NCBI GenBank assembly: GCA_963705255.1 | Contig: OY970061.1 | Coordinates: forward strand, 1,408,001 to 1,472,000 | Length of the DNA stretch: 64,000 bases | DNA from: an uncultured Methanoregulaceae archaeon | Lineage (GTDB): Archaea > Halobacteriota > Methanomicrobia > Methanomicrobiales > Methanospirillaceae | Direction of reading: 5' to 3' | Part shown: positions 55,101 to 64,000 of the stretch, piece by piece | How positions within the stretch are numbered: position 1 is the first letter of the stretch | Layout: the number at the start of each line of letters is the position of its first letter | Notes under the pieces: generated by a model | Seen by the model: the letters and a program-made list of their open reading frames with translations, nothing else | What the model was told of the DNA's origin: nothing | Databases searched by the model: none | Made by a program: the position numbers and the translations under genes

Positions 55101-55382
55101 CTTCACCTCGATCGGCAGCCCGTGCATGTCGTACCCCGCACGGTCGATGACATGCCTGCCGCCCATCCGGTGGTAGCGCAGGATGCTGTCCTTTAAAATC
55201 TTGTTCCATGCCGTCCCGAGGTGGATATGCCCGGTGGTATACGGCGGGCCGTCCACGAAAAAGAACGGTTTTCCTGCGCTGCGGTGCTTCCTGACCGCCT
55301 GGTAGGTGTCGTGGGTGCGCCAGTATTCCTGCACCTCACGCTCGATCTCCTTTGCACTGAAGTTCGCGGTGACTTCCTTCAC
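52200..55382 (-). CDS. ileS: Isoleucine-tRNA ligase
   Basis: DGPPY, HLGT (HIGH), WTTTPWTLP, DWCISRQRYWG, KMSKS. Confidence 0.97.
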   Translation of the reverse strand: MKEVTANFSAKEIEREVQEYWRTHDTYQAVRKHRSAGKPFFFVDGPPYTTGHIHLGTAWNKILKDSILRYHRMGGRHVIDRAGYDMHGLPIEVKVEQALGFASKKDIEKFGIQPFIEKCREFAVTNKKLMDDQFAALGVWLDFPGAYQTVKREYIEAAWWTLARAEDRGMLERGHRVVNWCPRCETAIADAEVEYWDENDPSVFVRFPLKGRTNEFLLIWTTTPWTLPANVAVAVARDFVYAKVLAKKGENEAILWIAEPLVKAVLKKGRCRDFTLLETKRGAELAGWEYESPLASCVPLQREISHKVVTADFVALENTGMVHIAPGHGWDDFVLGTKEGLAIVCPVDGAGKFREEAGAFAGQYVRDSNVNVLQALGDHLFAKETVTHRYGHCWRCKTPIIFRATSQWFLKASEMRDLMLSEVEKVTWYPDWAGSARFYDWIKEARDWCISRQRYWGIPIPVWVCPKCDSYRVIGTIRELEERSGRPLEDPHRPYVDGVTIPCPCGGTMKRVEDIFDVWFDSAVASWATLGYPGKTEDFEKLWPADFITEGQDQTRGWFYSQLGASTIAFGKAPYKSVCMHGFALDAEGKKMSKSLGNVVNPTDVIEKVGVDVLRLYVLSSSAPWDDLKFNWEGVGTINRAVNILWNVYRFPLPYMILDRFEPASKEGVWDDAYIRAHLRQMPDEDRFIISRVNSVAALVDAAMKECQLHRATRELVSFILEDLSRWYVQLVRPRMWLEGESEQKVFAYETIYYVMRRLSQLLAPFCPHITEEIYGNLRCRNDLPSVHLLDWDAGEPLLVDRALEEAVGIVRSFDEACANARQAGKRKLRWPVSEVVVVTDSEPVKDAIERLNPVCMDRANARKVSVVMGRWERIGWKVEPVMKALGKRFGKDSFTVKGLIEKEDGDRLKAKIDIEGGIVKLGNTDFEIGSDYVTFSEKLPADIFSAPMTDATVYVDVSLTPDLEAEGYGREVIRRIQETRRQLDLAVEDFINVEVAVNDKRVLTLLLDNEIIAMISDEVRATFFGFSRDGTQPDPARYTSVKEWDVEGVAMTIGIAKTE

Positions 55383-55604
55383 AAGACCCCTCACTGTACG
55401 ATGGCGGGATGCCTGAAACGTATGGACACATGTTGGCGCCCCGGCACAAAGTAGTTTTTCTCGCATCCTGGCCCGGCCATGCCGGTATCGGCCCGGAGCT
55501 GGTAATGGGGAAAGCCCGTTACGGGCAGGCCCGAGGGTTGAGGGCAGGGCGTACCGCGCCCATCCAAACGTTTATGGCACCAGAGGAGAGAGCGCTCAAC
55601 TGTT

Positions 55605-57774
55605 GTGTCCGGACCTGACAACCGTTTTACCCACATCCCCCCGCGGCTCTCGGGGCTCGTCGAGGCTCGCGTACAACCTCTGGTGGAGCTGGCACCCCGA
55701 GGCACGCGTCCTGTTCAAGCAGCTGAACCAGGTGGCATGGAAAACCAGCGTCCACAACCCCGTGCGGATGCTCCGGGACGCCCCTGTGGAGTTTTTTGAG
55801 ACCGCGGGGAAGAATGCGGAATATCTCCGCCGGTACGAGATCGTGATGAACCGGTTCCGGCGCTACATGAGCGCCCGGACCGGCTGGTTCCGGGAGCAGT
55901 ACCCCGAGGGCCGCACCCTCACCATCGCGTATTTTTCGGCAGAATACGGGCTCCACCATTCCCTTCCCATGTATGCAGGGGGGCTCGGGTTCCTTGCAGG
56001 GGACTTTCTCAAGGAGTGCAGCGACCTTGGCGTCCCGCTGGTGGCCGTGGGGTTCATGTACTCTGAGGGCTACCTCCACCAGCATATCAGGGCGGACGGA
56101 TGGCAGGAAGGGATCCGGGAGACCCTTGACCGGGACGCCGCACCGGTCAAGCGCGTGCTGAATGAATCCGGCGAGCAGCTGGTGATCCAGGTTCCCCAGA
56201 TCGAGCCCCCGATCTCGGTTGCCGTATGGAAAGTGGACGTTGGGAGGGTTCCCCTCTACCTCCTCGACACCGACATCCCCCTCAACGACCCGGCCAGCTC
56301 GCCGGATATCCTCGAACCTGTACACGTCCGACCAGGAGGACCGGTTGAAGCAGGAGATCGTGCTGGGCATCGGCGGCCGGAAGGTCCTGCACTCGCTCGG
56401 CATCCTGTACAGTGCCGTCCACCTCAATGAGGGACACCCGGCCTTCGCCCTGCTGGAACGGATCCGGGAACGCGTGGAGCGGGGGATCCCGTTCGGGGAG
56501 GCCCTCTGCCAGGTGCAGGTCACGTCGGTCTTCACCACCCATACCCCCGTCGCGGCCGGGCACGATGTCTTCCCGGAAGAGCTGATGGACCGCTACTTCA
56601 GCACCTATTACCCGGCGCTCGGGATCGACCGGGAGACCTTCTTCCGTCTCGGGGCGCACCCGGACTTCCCGGGCGAAGGCTTCAACATGACCGTCCTTGC
56701 CATGCGCCTCTCCGCCTGCCATAATGCCGTCTCCCGCAGGCACGGGGAACTCGCCCGCCAGATGTGGCGGAACCTCTGGAAGGACCTGCCCTATGACCGC
56801 ATCCCGATCGATGCGATAACCAATGGTGTCCACCTTCCATCGTGGATGAACCCGAGGATCGAGGATCTCATCGACACGTACGTCTACCCCGTCACTCCGA
56901 ACTGGCAGCAGGAGCATGACGATGAGACCATCTGGGACCTCATTGACGAGATCCCGGACGAGAAGCTCTGGGACCTCCATTTCGACCTCAAGATCAAGCT
57001 GATCAACCGTATCCGTGAGCGCAAGCGGATACAATGGGCAAAAGGGCAGGAGGACCCGCGTACCCTGGTCACCGGGGGCCTGCTCCTGAACCCTTCCACC
57101 CTCACTATCGGGTTCGCACGGCGATTTGCCACCTACAAGCGGGCGGGCCTGATCTTCTCGGACATGGACCGGCTCCGGCGTCTCCTCACCGACCGCTGGC
57201 GGCCGGTCCAGATCATCTTTGCGGGCAAGGCCCACCCGTCCGATGATGACGGGAAACGGGTATCCAGCAGATCTACCAGATCGCACAACTCCCCGAGTTC
57301 GAGGGGAGGATCGCGTTCGTGGAAGACTACAGCGAGCAGAGTGCGCAGTACCTGGTGCACGGCGTCGATGTCTGGCTCAATAACCCCCTCCCCCCCATGG
57401 AGGCCAGCGGGACGAGCGGGATGAAAGCCGCCCTGAACGGGGTGATCAACCTGAGCATCCTCGACGGCTGGTGGCTGGAAGGGTACAATGGGAGGAACGG
57501 CTGGGCGTTCGGGAGCGATGCGGCTGTTGACAACCGTGATGAGGAGGACGCCCGGGCCATCTACGACCTGCTGGAAAACGAGGTCGTTCCGCTCTACTAC
57601 TCGTCCGCGCTTGACGGTATCCCGCACGGCTGGGTGAGGATGATGAAGGAATCGATCAAGAGCAACGCCCCGCGGTTCTCCGCCCGGCGGATGGTCAAGG
57701 AGTACGTCTCCCGCTACTATCCCGAGCTGATGTCGGGCGCCGATGTGGCCTACTCGTGCGTGCTGAAACAGTAA
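55605..57774 (+). CDS. glgP: Alpha-glucan phosphorylase; about three frameshifts
   Basis: LAYNLWWSW, YFSAEYG, GGLGFLAGD, HLNEGH, ITNGVH, FARRFATYKR, EASGTSGMK. Confidence 0.92.
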
Positions 57775-57911
57775 TCGCCCCGCCGTTTTCAGGGACGCTG
57801 TCATCTTCCGCTCACGGTTGTTCTTTTTAAAAACTGCTGGCGGGGGATGTACCCGGACCTGGCACCCGGCCAGTATCTGGTTTTATGAGGTGCCGGCCCA
57901 AGGTTACCTGC

Positions 57912-58394
57912 ATGCAGATCGCGGTGATTGGTGCTGCCGATGCCACACCGGAGGAGTCCGGGGCTGCACATGCCGTCGGAAGCCTGGTTGCCGGAGCCGG
58001 CGCGATACTCATCTGCGGGGGACTCGGCGGCGTTATGGAGGCGGCGTGCAAAGGTGCACACGAGGCGGGCGGGAAAACCGTCGGCATCGTGCCGGATACC
58101 AGGCAGGGCAACCCGTTCCTTGGCATCATCATCCGTTCCGGGCTCGGCCACGCGAGGAACGTGCTCGTCTCCCAGTCGGCGGACGCGGTGATCGCCATCG
58201 GCGGAAGGTACGGGACCCTCTCGGAGATCGCGATAGCGCTGAAGACGGGGCGCCCGGTGTTCGGTCTCTCCACTTGGGAGATCCCTGGGGTAATACCGTG
58301 CGCCACCCCGGAAGAAGCGGTGGGGATGGCGGTCCGGGCCGCACGGGAGGCCAGCCACCCGAAGGGCCAAAAGGCCAAGGGCATGGAGCCATGA
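57912..58394 (+). CDS. TIGR00725/LOG-like Rossmann protein
   Basis: CGGLGGVMEAACKGA, ARNVLV, GGRYGTLSEI. Confidence 0.85.
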   Translation: MQIAVIGAADATPEESGAAHAVGSLVAGAGAILICGGLGGVMEAACKGAHEAGGKTVGIVPDTRQGNPFLGIIIRSGLGHARNVLVSQSADAVIAIGGRYGTLSEIAIALKTGRPVFGLSTWEIPGVIPCATPEEAVGMAVRAAREASHPKGQKAKGMEP

Positions 58395-58561
58395 GCGGGT
58401 ACACGCTTCCTCAGGTGCGCCCCCCTGCCCGTGCCCGGAACATACCGGGATGGCCTGAGGCCAACGGACAACCCGGACCATTTCCCGTGGCAGCTGCTCT
58501 CCTCCCTACCCGTTTTCCCTACGGAGCGGATGGCGGGGCTGGAACCGCCCGGTTAAAAAAA

Positions 58562-58738
58562 TTACTTGAAGCAGCCCAGCTGGCAGGCACGGATCTTGAT
58601 TTTGTGCGAGTTGCAGTACTCGCTGACATCGCTTTTCGTGATCTTGTGCTTTTTCGCAATGGCAAATGCCTGCGGGCAGGTGATCTCCCGGTCGATCCCC
58701 TCTTCGAGGAAGATCTTCTCCACTTTTTTGGCGTCCAT
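58562..58738 (-). CDS. Small Cys-containing protein ending CQLGCF
   Basis: ITCPQAFAIA...IKIRACQLGCFK. Confidence 0.7.
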   Translation of the reverse strand: MDAKKVEKIFLEEGIDREITCPQAFAIAKKHKITKSDVSEYCNSHKIKIRACQLGCFK

Positions 58739-58833
58739 GGTAACACTGTTTTGTGTACTTGCGTATAGGGTTAACGCCTCAGCGGGCAGAAACTGGAACA
58801 CCCTTAATCGTCCGGAACGACAATGATTCCGTG

Positions 58834-60151
58834 ATGAGGATCGCGCTCGTCAGTTCCCGGCAGGACAAGGCAGGGCAGAACATCCGGCACCATATCGTTC
58901 AACTGCTCGGCAGCGGCAGCCATGACGGCCAGGCGGCGGGCGGCCACACCTACGAGTTCATCGACGTGGAGGAACGGCTGATCCACGCGGGGCGGGTCGA
59001 TGCGGGGTCCGATGCCGATCTCGTTATCTTCCTCTCCCGCCATGCCAGCGTCAACCCTCTCCCCGTTCTTACCGTGCACGTGACCGGGAACTTCAGGGAA
59101 GCGGAACTTGGCGGGGAACCGCGGACGCTCGCACCCGCTGCCCCGGCGATGATGCAGGCCACGCTCCGGGCGCTCGCCCGGCACTGCCCGGAAGGCTACC
59201 GGGTCTCGGTACGAGGTGACCCACCACGGCCCGACCGCGCTCTGCCATCCCTCGTTCTTTGTCGAGATCGGGAGCACCGAGAAGGAGTGGACCGACCCGG
59301 TCGCCGGACGGGCGGTGGCCGAGAGCGTGCTCTCCGCCGTGCCGATCGATCCGGTGCCGCTGATCGGGTTCGGCGGGACCCATTACGCGGCCCGTGAGAC
59401 GGAGATCGCCCTGATGTCCCGCGGGGCATTCGGCCACATCGCCCACACCCGCGAGATACCTGCACTGAATAAAGAGATGGTCCTTGCCATGATGGAGAAG
59501 AGCGGTGCCGTTGCCGCGTACATCGACCGGAAAGCGCTCGCCCGCGAAGACCTTGGCCGGTTGTCCGGGGTGCTGGCGGAGCTCGCGATACCGCGGTTGT
59601 CGGAGAGCGAGATTGCTGCCATCGGGCACCTCTCGTGGGAGACGTACTGTGCCGTCAGGGAGATGGCCGGGAAAGTCTCCCCGGGCGCCCGCTGCTACGT
59701 CCACGACCTTTCCGGTTCCGGAAACCTCTGCCTCGTCCGGGCAAATCCGGTTTTAATTGCCGAAACGGTAAAATCGGACGAGCCGGGGCTGATAAAAGAT
59801 CTCGACAGATTACCGGTCGTTCACCTTTCCACGGCCGCAAATCGGCTGCTTCCCGAATTTATCATGTATGAGGAACATTCTTCTCGGATAATACATGATT
59901 TAAATACCTTGTGCGTAAAAATCATACGTAATAAAGAGATCACTGCAACGGAGAGCGATCACCTGATCATAACCAAGGTACGGTTTGACCCCGGAAAAGC
60001 GCGCGAACTGGGGGTACCACCCGGACCTTTTTACCAACGCCTTTCAGCAGGTCAGGCTATTGAGATCAACGGCAGGGTGATCACACCCGACATGGTATCT
60101 TCCTGCAGTGAGACTGACATCCATATCCCGGGGTTGGAGAAGTTTCCATGA
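58834..60151 (+). CDS. dtdA: Archaeal D-aminoacyl-tRNA deacylase (DTD2); frameshift near 59208
   Basis: [36 protein letters not shown]. Confidence 0.9.
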
Positions 60152-61239
60152 GGTCAATTGTTGAAGAGGCACTAACCAAGGCGAGGGACGAGACCGTATC
60201 GCCCACGCAGAATAACGAAGACCTTGACCAGATCCTTGCCGAGCTCAAGACGGAGATAACGGTGATCGGGTGCGGGGGCGGCGGGTCGAACACTATCTCC
60301 CGCATGATGGAGGAGGGCATCCACGGGGCGAAGCTCATCGCCATAAACACCGACGCCCAGCACCTGATCCGCACCCACGCGGACCAGCGGATCCTCGTCG
60401 GCCGCCAGCGTACCCGCGGCCTCGGGGCCGGCTCCATCCCGCAGATCGGCGAGGAGGCGGCCCTCGAGAACGAGCAGGAGATCCGTGCCGTGGTCTCCGG
60501 CTGCGACATGGTCTTCATCACGGTCGGGCTCGGCGGCGGTACCGGGACCGGCGTGGCCCCGGTCGTGGCGAAGGCAGCCCGGGAGGAGGGGGCGCTCACG
60601 ATCGCGATCGTCACCCTGCCGTTCGCTGCGGAAGGTGCCATCCGCATGGAAAATGCAGAGGCCGGCCTCGAACGCCTCCGGGACGTGGCGGACACGGTCA
60701 TTGTCGTGCCCAATGACAAGCTCCTCGAGGTCGTGCCGAAACTCCCGCTCTATGCGGCGTTCAAGGTAGCCGATGAAGTCCTGATGCGTGCGGTCAAGGG
60801 AATCACCGAACTGATCACGATGCCCGGGCTCGTGAACCTGGACTTTGCCGATGTACGCACGGTCATGGAGCGCGGCGGCGTGGCCATGATCGGGATGGGC
60901 GAGAGCGACAGCGAGGACAAGGCGGCAGACTCGGTCAAGAAGGCGATCCGGTCGCCGCTCCTCGACGTGGATATCTCCGGCGCGACCGCCGCGCTCGTCA
61001 ACGTGGTTGGCGGCCCGGACATGACCATGGAAGAAGCGGAAGGTGTCGTGCAGGAGGTCTACAACCGCGTAGACCCGAATGCGCGTATCATCTGGGGTGC
61101 CCAGATCGACCCGGGGATGGAGAACAAGATGCGCACCCTGCTGGTGGTCACGGGCGTACGGTCGCCACAAATATATGGTCGTAATGAGAAGCTTACCCCC
61201 AAAGTACAGAAACAGTTTGAGATCGATTTTCTCAAGTGA
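60148..61239 (+). CDS. ftsZ: Cell division protein FtsZ
   Basis: [24 protein letters not shown]. Confidence 0.97.
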   Translation: MRSIVEEALTKARDETVSPTQNNEDLDQILAELKTEITVIGCGGGGSNTISRMMEEGIHGAKLIAINTDAQHLIRTHADQRILVGRQRTRGLGAGSIPQIGEEAALENEQEIRAVVSGCDMVFITVGLGGGTGTGVAPVVAKAAREEGALTIAIVTLPFAAEGAIRMENAEAGLERLRDVADTVIVVPNDKLLEVVPKLPLYAAFKVADEVLMRAVKGITELITMPGLVNLDFADVRTVMERGGVAMIGMGESDSEDKAADSVKKAIRSPLLDVDISGATAALVNVVGGPDMTMEEAEGVVQEVYNRVDPNARIIWGAQIDPGMENKMRTLLVVTGVRSPQIYGRNEKLTPKVQKQFEIDFLK

Positions 61240-61245
61240 GCGGAT

Positions 61246-61455
61246 ATGGAAATTTCAAAGCCTGACTTCAAAACAGACGTATTACACGAGGAGCTGCTCC
61301 GCAAATACCTGCGGGTGCTCAAACTCGCGCGCACCCCCACCCGGGAAGAGTTTACCAAGATCGCGACCGTTGCGGCAGCCGGGGTCCTCCTTGTCGGACT
61401 GATCGGTTTCATCATCTATGTCTTCTTCGATCACAAGGCCCTGCTGGGATTCTAG
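61246..61455 (+). CDS. secE: Protein translocase SecE/Sec61-gamma
   Basis: YLRVLKLARTPTREEF plus TM; ftsZ-secE-spt5 synteny. Confidence 0.92.
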   Translation: MEISKPDFKTDVLHEELLRKYLRVLKLARTPTREEFTKIATVAAAGVLLVGLIGFIIYVFFDHKALLGF

Positions 61456-61470
61456 GCCGGCCCGATGCTT

Positions 61471-62001
61471 ATGACACAGCCAACCAGTCCCGCACCCAAT
61501 ACCGCCCCCGCGGTGGCACCCGCAGCTCCTGAGGTCTTCGTCAACCGGATATTTGCCATCAAGACGACATCGAAGCAGGAGCGGACGGTCGCGGACAACA
61601 TCCTCAAGGCGATCGATACCAAGGCAACGGACGTCAAGGTCACGGCCATCATCGTGCCCAACGAACTGCAGGGCTACGTGCTCGTGGAGACCCCGGAGAA
61701 GATGAACCGGATCGAGCAGCTCGTGGAGAAAGTTGCCCATGCACGGTCGGTGATCAAGGGCGAGACTACCCTTGCCGAGGTCGGCCACTTCCTCATCCCG
61801 AAACCGGTCGTCTCCGGTATCGAGGAAGGCACCATCGTCGAACTGATCGCCGGTCCCTTCAAGGGCGAGAAAGCAGTGGTCAAGCGCGTGGACTCGGCGA
61901 AGGAGGAGATCACGGTCGAGCTCTACGAGAGCGTGGTCCCGATCCCGATCACGGTCCGGGGCGACAACGTCCGGGTCGTCGAGAAGTTCAGCGACCGGTA
62001 A
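61471..62001 (+). CDS. spt5: Transcription elongation factor Spt5/NusG
   Basis: KTTSKQE, LQGYVLVE, KOW motif GPFKGEKAVV. Confidence 0.95.
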   Translation: MTQPTSPAPNTAPAVAPAAPEVFVNRIFAIKTTSKQERTVADNILKAIDTKATDVKVTAIIVPNELQGYVLVETPEKMNRIEQLVEKVAHARSVIKGETTLAEVGHFLIPKPVVSGIEEGTIVELIAGPFKGEKAVVKRVDSAKEEITVELYESVVPIPITVRGDNVRVVEKFSDR

Positions 62002-62029
62002 AGCTCAACTCTTTTTTAGTACCGCTGCA

Positions 62030-62275
62030 GGACAAATCGGCACTTTCAAAACTCAGTGGTGCATGGCGGGATGTTCCGAGAGCGCACAAAGGTAGTCAGG
62101 AGCTTTGATAGTTCAATTGGTGCAATGGAACTTACGGCAGGAATGCAGACGTATTACAACTACATCCGCCCCTCAGGGAATCGGCGGGTTGACACCAGCG
62201 CAGATGGCAAATATCCCGATCAATCTGATGAGGAACCGATGGGAGACGATGATTGGGTTGGTGGTAAAATAAATT
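62030..62275 (+). mobile_element. Degraded C-terminal fragment of a DDE transposase/integrase (IS6-like)
   Basis: FRERTKVVRSF...YYNYIRP, then after a frameshift QGIGGLTPAQMANI...NRWETMI. Confidence 0.6.
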
Positions 62276-62576
62276 ATTTTTGGTCTTTCTTCTGATTGCT
62301 TTCGAATTCTTCAAGTATTTTTACCTGGCCGCTCATCCATTCGATCACTTTTTGGTACATTTCACGTGTCATTCTAATCTCAATTGTAAAAGTTCGTTTA
62401 ATTGTTTTAATATTTAATGAGGCATCCGGGTTAAATTCTGGTTCGATTATATCATCGAAAAACATAATTGTCCCTGCGTTACTATTCACCCATGTATATA
62501 TGCCATCAGCGTTTATTACTTTGAAATCCGATGATTTTGCAGAGATTAATTTAGGTGGTTTTGGTGCCTCTGTCAT
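62274..62576 (-). CDS. Hypothetical protein (DUF3467-like fold suspected), AT-rich islet
   Basis: FKVINADG, IMFF, IEIRMT pattern; 2-nt gap after the upstream wHTH gene. Confidence 0.55.
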   Translation of the reverse strand: MTEAPKPPKLISAKSSDFKVINADGIYTWVNSNAGTIMFFDDIIEPEFNPDASLNIKTIKRTFTIEIRMTREMYQKVIEWMSGQVKILEEFESNQKKDQK

Positions 62577-62578
62577 TT

Positions 62579-63103
62579 TTACGCCTCGGTTTGTAATATA
62601 TGAGTACTTTTCGTCAATTCTATCGTTGCTGGATTACCACCAGCAGGATTGCTTAATTGGGGTGGGTTTATCTTATTAAATAATCCTAAACTCAAGGAAA
62701 CACTGACATTACCACTCGCATTAATATTATTCGGTTGTGGATATGTGATTGGTAAGTTATCCATTCCCAGCATTACGCCCTTGTATAATGATCTCATAAC
62801 CGATTTTCCTAAGTATGATGGGTGATAAATGGCAATCTCGGTCTCTCCAATATCTTCCAAAAATTCTGCTTTTTTAGAGATTATCCCAGCTTTAACCAAG
62901 GATTTTAATGGATGGTTAATATCTTCTGAATGAACTGTTTTGAATAAAGCTTTTAACTCTCCAAAGCGCATCCGTTCGTTTTTTAATAATGCAATAAAGA
63001 TCGCTTGGCTATTCTTGTTGGATAATGGTGAAATTGCATCAAACACTTCTGAAGGTACTTCAGATAAGAACGAGTTCATAATATCTTTATCAAGCATTAT
63101 CAC
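62579..63103 (-). CDS. Winged-helix (ArsR/HxlR-like) regulator, AT-rich islet
   Basis: AIFIALLKNERMRFGELK...INHPLKSLVKAGII...YHPSYLG. Confidence 0.65.
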   Translation of the reverse strand: MIMLDKDIMNSFLSEVPSEVFDAISPLSNKNSQAIFIALLKNERMRFGELKALFKTVHSEDINHPLKSLVKAGIISKKAEFLEDIGETEIAIYHPSYLGKSVMRSLYKGVMLGMDNLPITYPQPNNINASGNVSVSLSLGLFNKINPPQLSNPAGGNPATIELTKSTHILQTEA

Positions 63104-63131
63104 ACCTCGACGAGTTTACTGTATGTACATA

Positions 63132-63190
63132 GTCAAATATCATTTGACCAGTAATAATTCTTTGTATCATGTTGTCAAATATCATTTGTC
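63132..63190. promoter_or_regulatory. Twin palindromic operators GTCAAAT-ATC-ATTTG(A/T)C
   Basis: Copies at 63132-63148 and 63174-63190, 42 bp apart, between divergent genes. Confidence 0.65.
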
Positions 63191-63227
63191 TATATTCATT
63201 ATCTTAAACCAAATCAAATAAATTTTT

Positions 63228-63767
63228 GTGGGATTATATTTTGATTCCTTAGATATAGAAGCTATAACCGGTGATATTAAAAAACGTATTTCCATCGGGA
63301 TATGTGGATCTTTTACTGAACCTAATAAACCAATATTAGAGGGACTGAAAAGATATCTTAAAGAAAAAGGATATGTCCATGTTTTTACAGCGGATGATTT
63401 TCCATGCGATAAAACACCGATTAACAGCGGTGACGCAAAATATGGGTTTACTTACGAGAAATGCATGGAAATGGTGAATAATTGTGATATTGTTATTATT
63501 TTTTTATTGAACTCCGTTCAAGATTCCGAAATAAATCAATCAGCAATTGCAGAACTCCAAGAATTATGTAGCAAATGTAAACGAAATGTAATTGTTTTAA
63601 CCGAGGAAGGATTTAAATTTCGAAGTATGGTAAAGGGTGTTAAATATAGATCTGTTAAATGGTGGACTTGGCAAGAGTTTTCAATAAATGAAATTGTGGA
63701 TTGTTACCAATATGTGAAGCAATCTTGCCACAATTTAATTTTAGAACGATTTGTTAGAAGGGGATAA
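63228..63767 (+). CDS. Nucleoside 2-deoxyribosyltransferase/TIR-like flavodoxin-fold protein
   Basis: IGICGSF, LKRYLKEKGY, CDIVIIF, SAIAEL (putative catalytic Glu). Confidence 0.55.
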   Translation: MGLYFDSLDIEAITGDIKKRISIGICGSFTEPNKPILEGLKRYLKEKGYVHVFTADDFPCDKTPINSGDAKYGFTYEKCMEMVNNCDIVIIFLLNSVQDSEINQSAIAELQELCSKCKRNVIVLTEEGFKFRSMVKGVKYRSVKWWTWQEFSINEIVDCYQYVKQSCHNLILERFVRRG

Positions 63768-63827
63768 ATAAGTCCCGCCACATATCATGCGTGATCAAAA
63801 GTCCCGAATTCCCGCGATCCTATCAGA

Positions 63828-63911
63828 ACCAAAGAAGGGGTCCTGGAACTGAACGTGTCCAAGAAAGAGCCAAAACCGGAAGCAAAGACGCGGAAGATCG
63901 AATTGAAGTAG
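63828..63911 (+). pseudogene. Hsp20 C-terminal remnant
   Basis: EGVLELNVSKKEPKPEAKTRKIELK* (GVL motif and IxI/L tail) with an in-frame stop upstream and no start codon. Confidence 0.55.
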
Positions 63912-64000
63912 ATCTTGCTGTCTTTTTTCTCTTTCAGGTCAAAGAGTCAGAATCGGACTATACGTAATTGGTCTCAATAAAAAAGGTTAGACCGGTGCAG

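Overview
Archaeal chromosomal window. Gene content and style point to a Methanomicrobiales, Methanoregula-like methanogen (inference). From left to right: the 3' end of a kinase-less kdpD; a sulfur-trafficking cluster (moaE, moaD/SAMP, moeB/ubaA, iscU, iscS, Cys-rich HTH regulator, larE, fdhD, ncsA/ttuA, thiS/SAMP, nadA); an Rsm22-like methyltransferase; three type IV pilin-like genes including a giant adhesin-pilin; two complementary cis-prenyltransferase genes; a degenerate KaiC/RAD55 gene next to a KaiC-GTPase fusion; dph5; sensor kinases; an NHL-repeat protein with an in-frame amber; a UbiC-like/MptG fusion; an orphan MazF-like gene; Isf and rubrerythrin; an ABC exporter pair; tRNA-Lys(CTT); a DHH protein, mptE, a radical SAM protein, an S2P protease, a PRC-barrel protein, thg1, ileS, glgP and dtdA-ftsZ-secE-spt5; and an AT-rich islet at the right end. 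About 16 genes, several of them housekeeping, carry single-base frameshifts that are most likely assembly indels. The strongest unexplained signal is a family of mosaic palindromic intergenic elements at five loci. They are built from a core hairpin GAGAAGA(N)-loop-TCTTCGA with compensatory stem changes and C-GNA-G or C-(A/G)TCA-G loops, with shuffled modules and one nested insertion, resembling an archaeal REP/BIME/REPIN-like system. Other leads are a candidate ~160-nt transcript with an SD, a 25-codon ORF and triple anti-SD, and a wHTH/NDT-like module with twin palindromic operators. All protein family calls come from motif recognition by eye; no searches were run.
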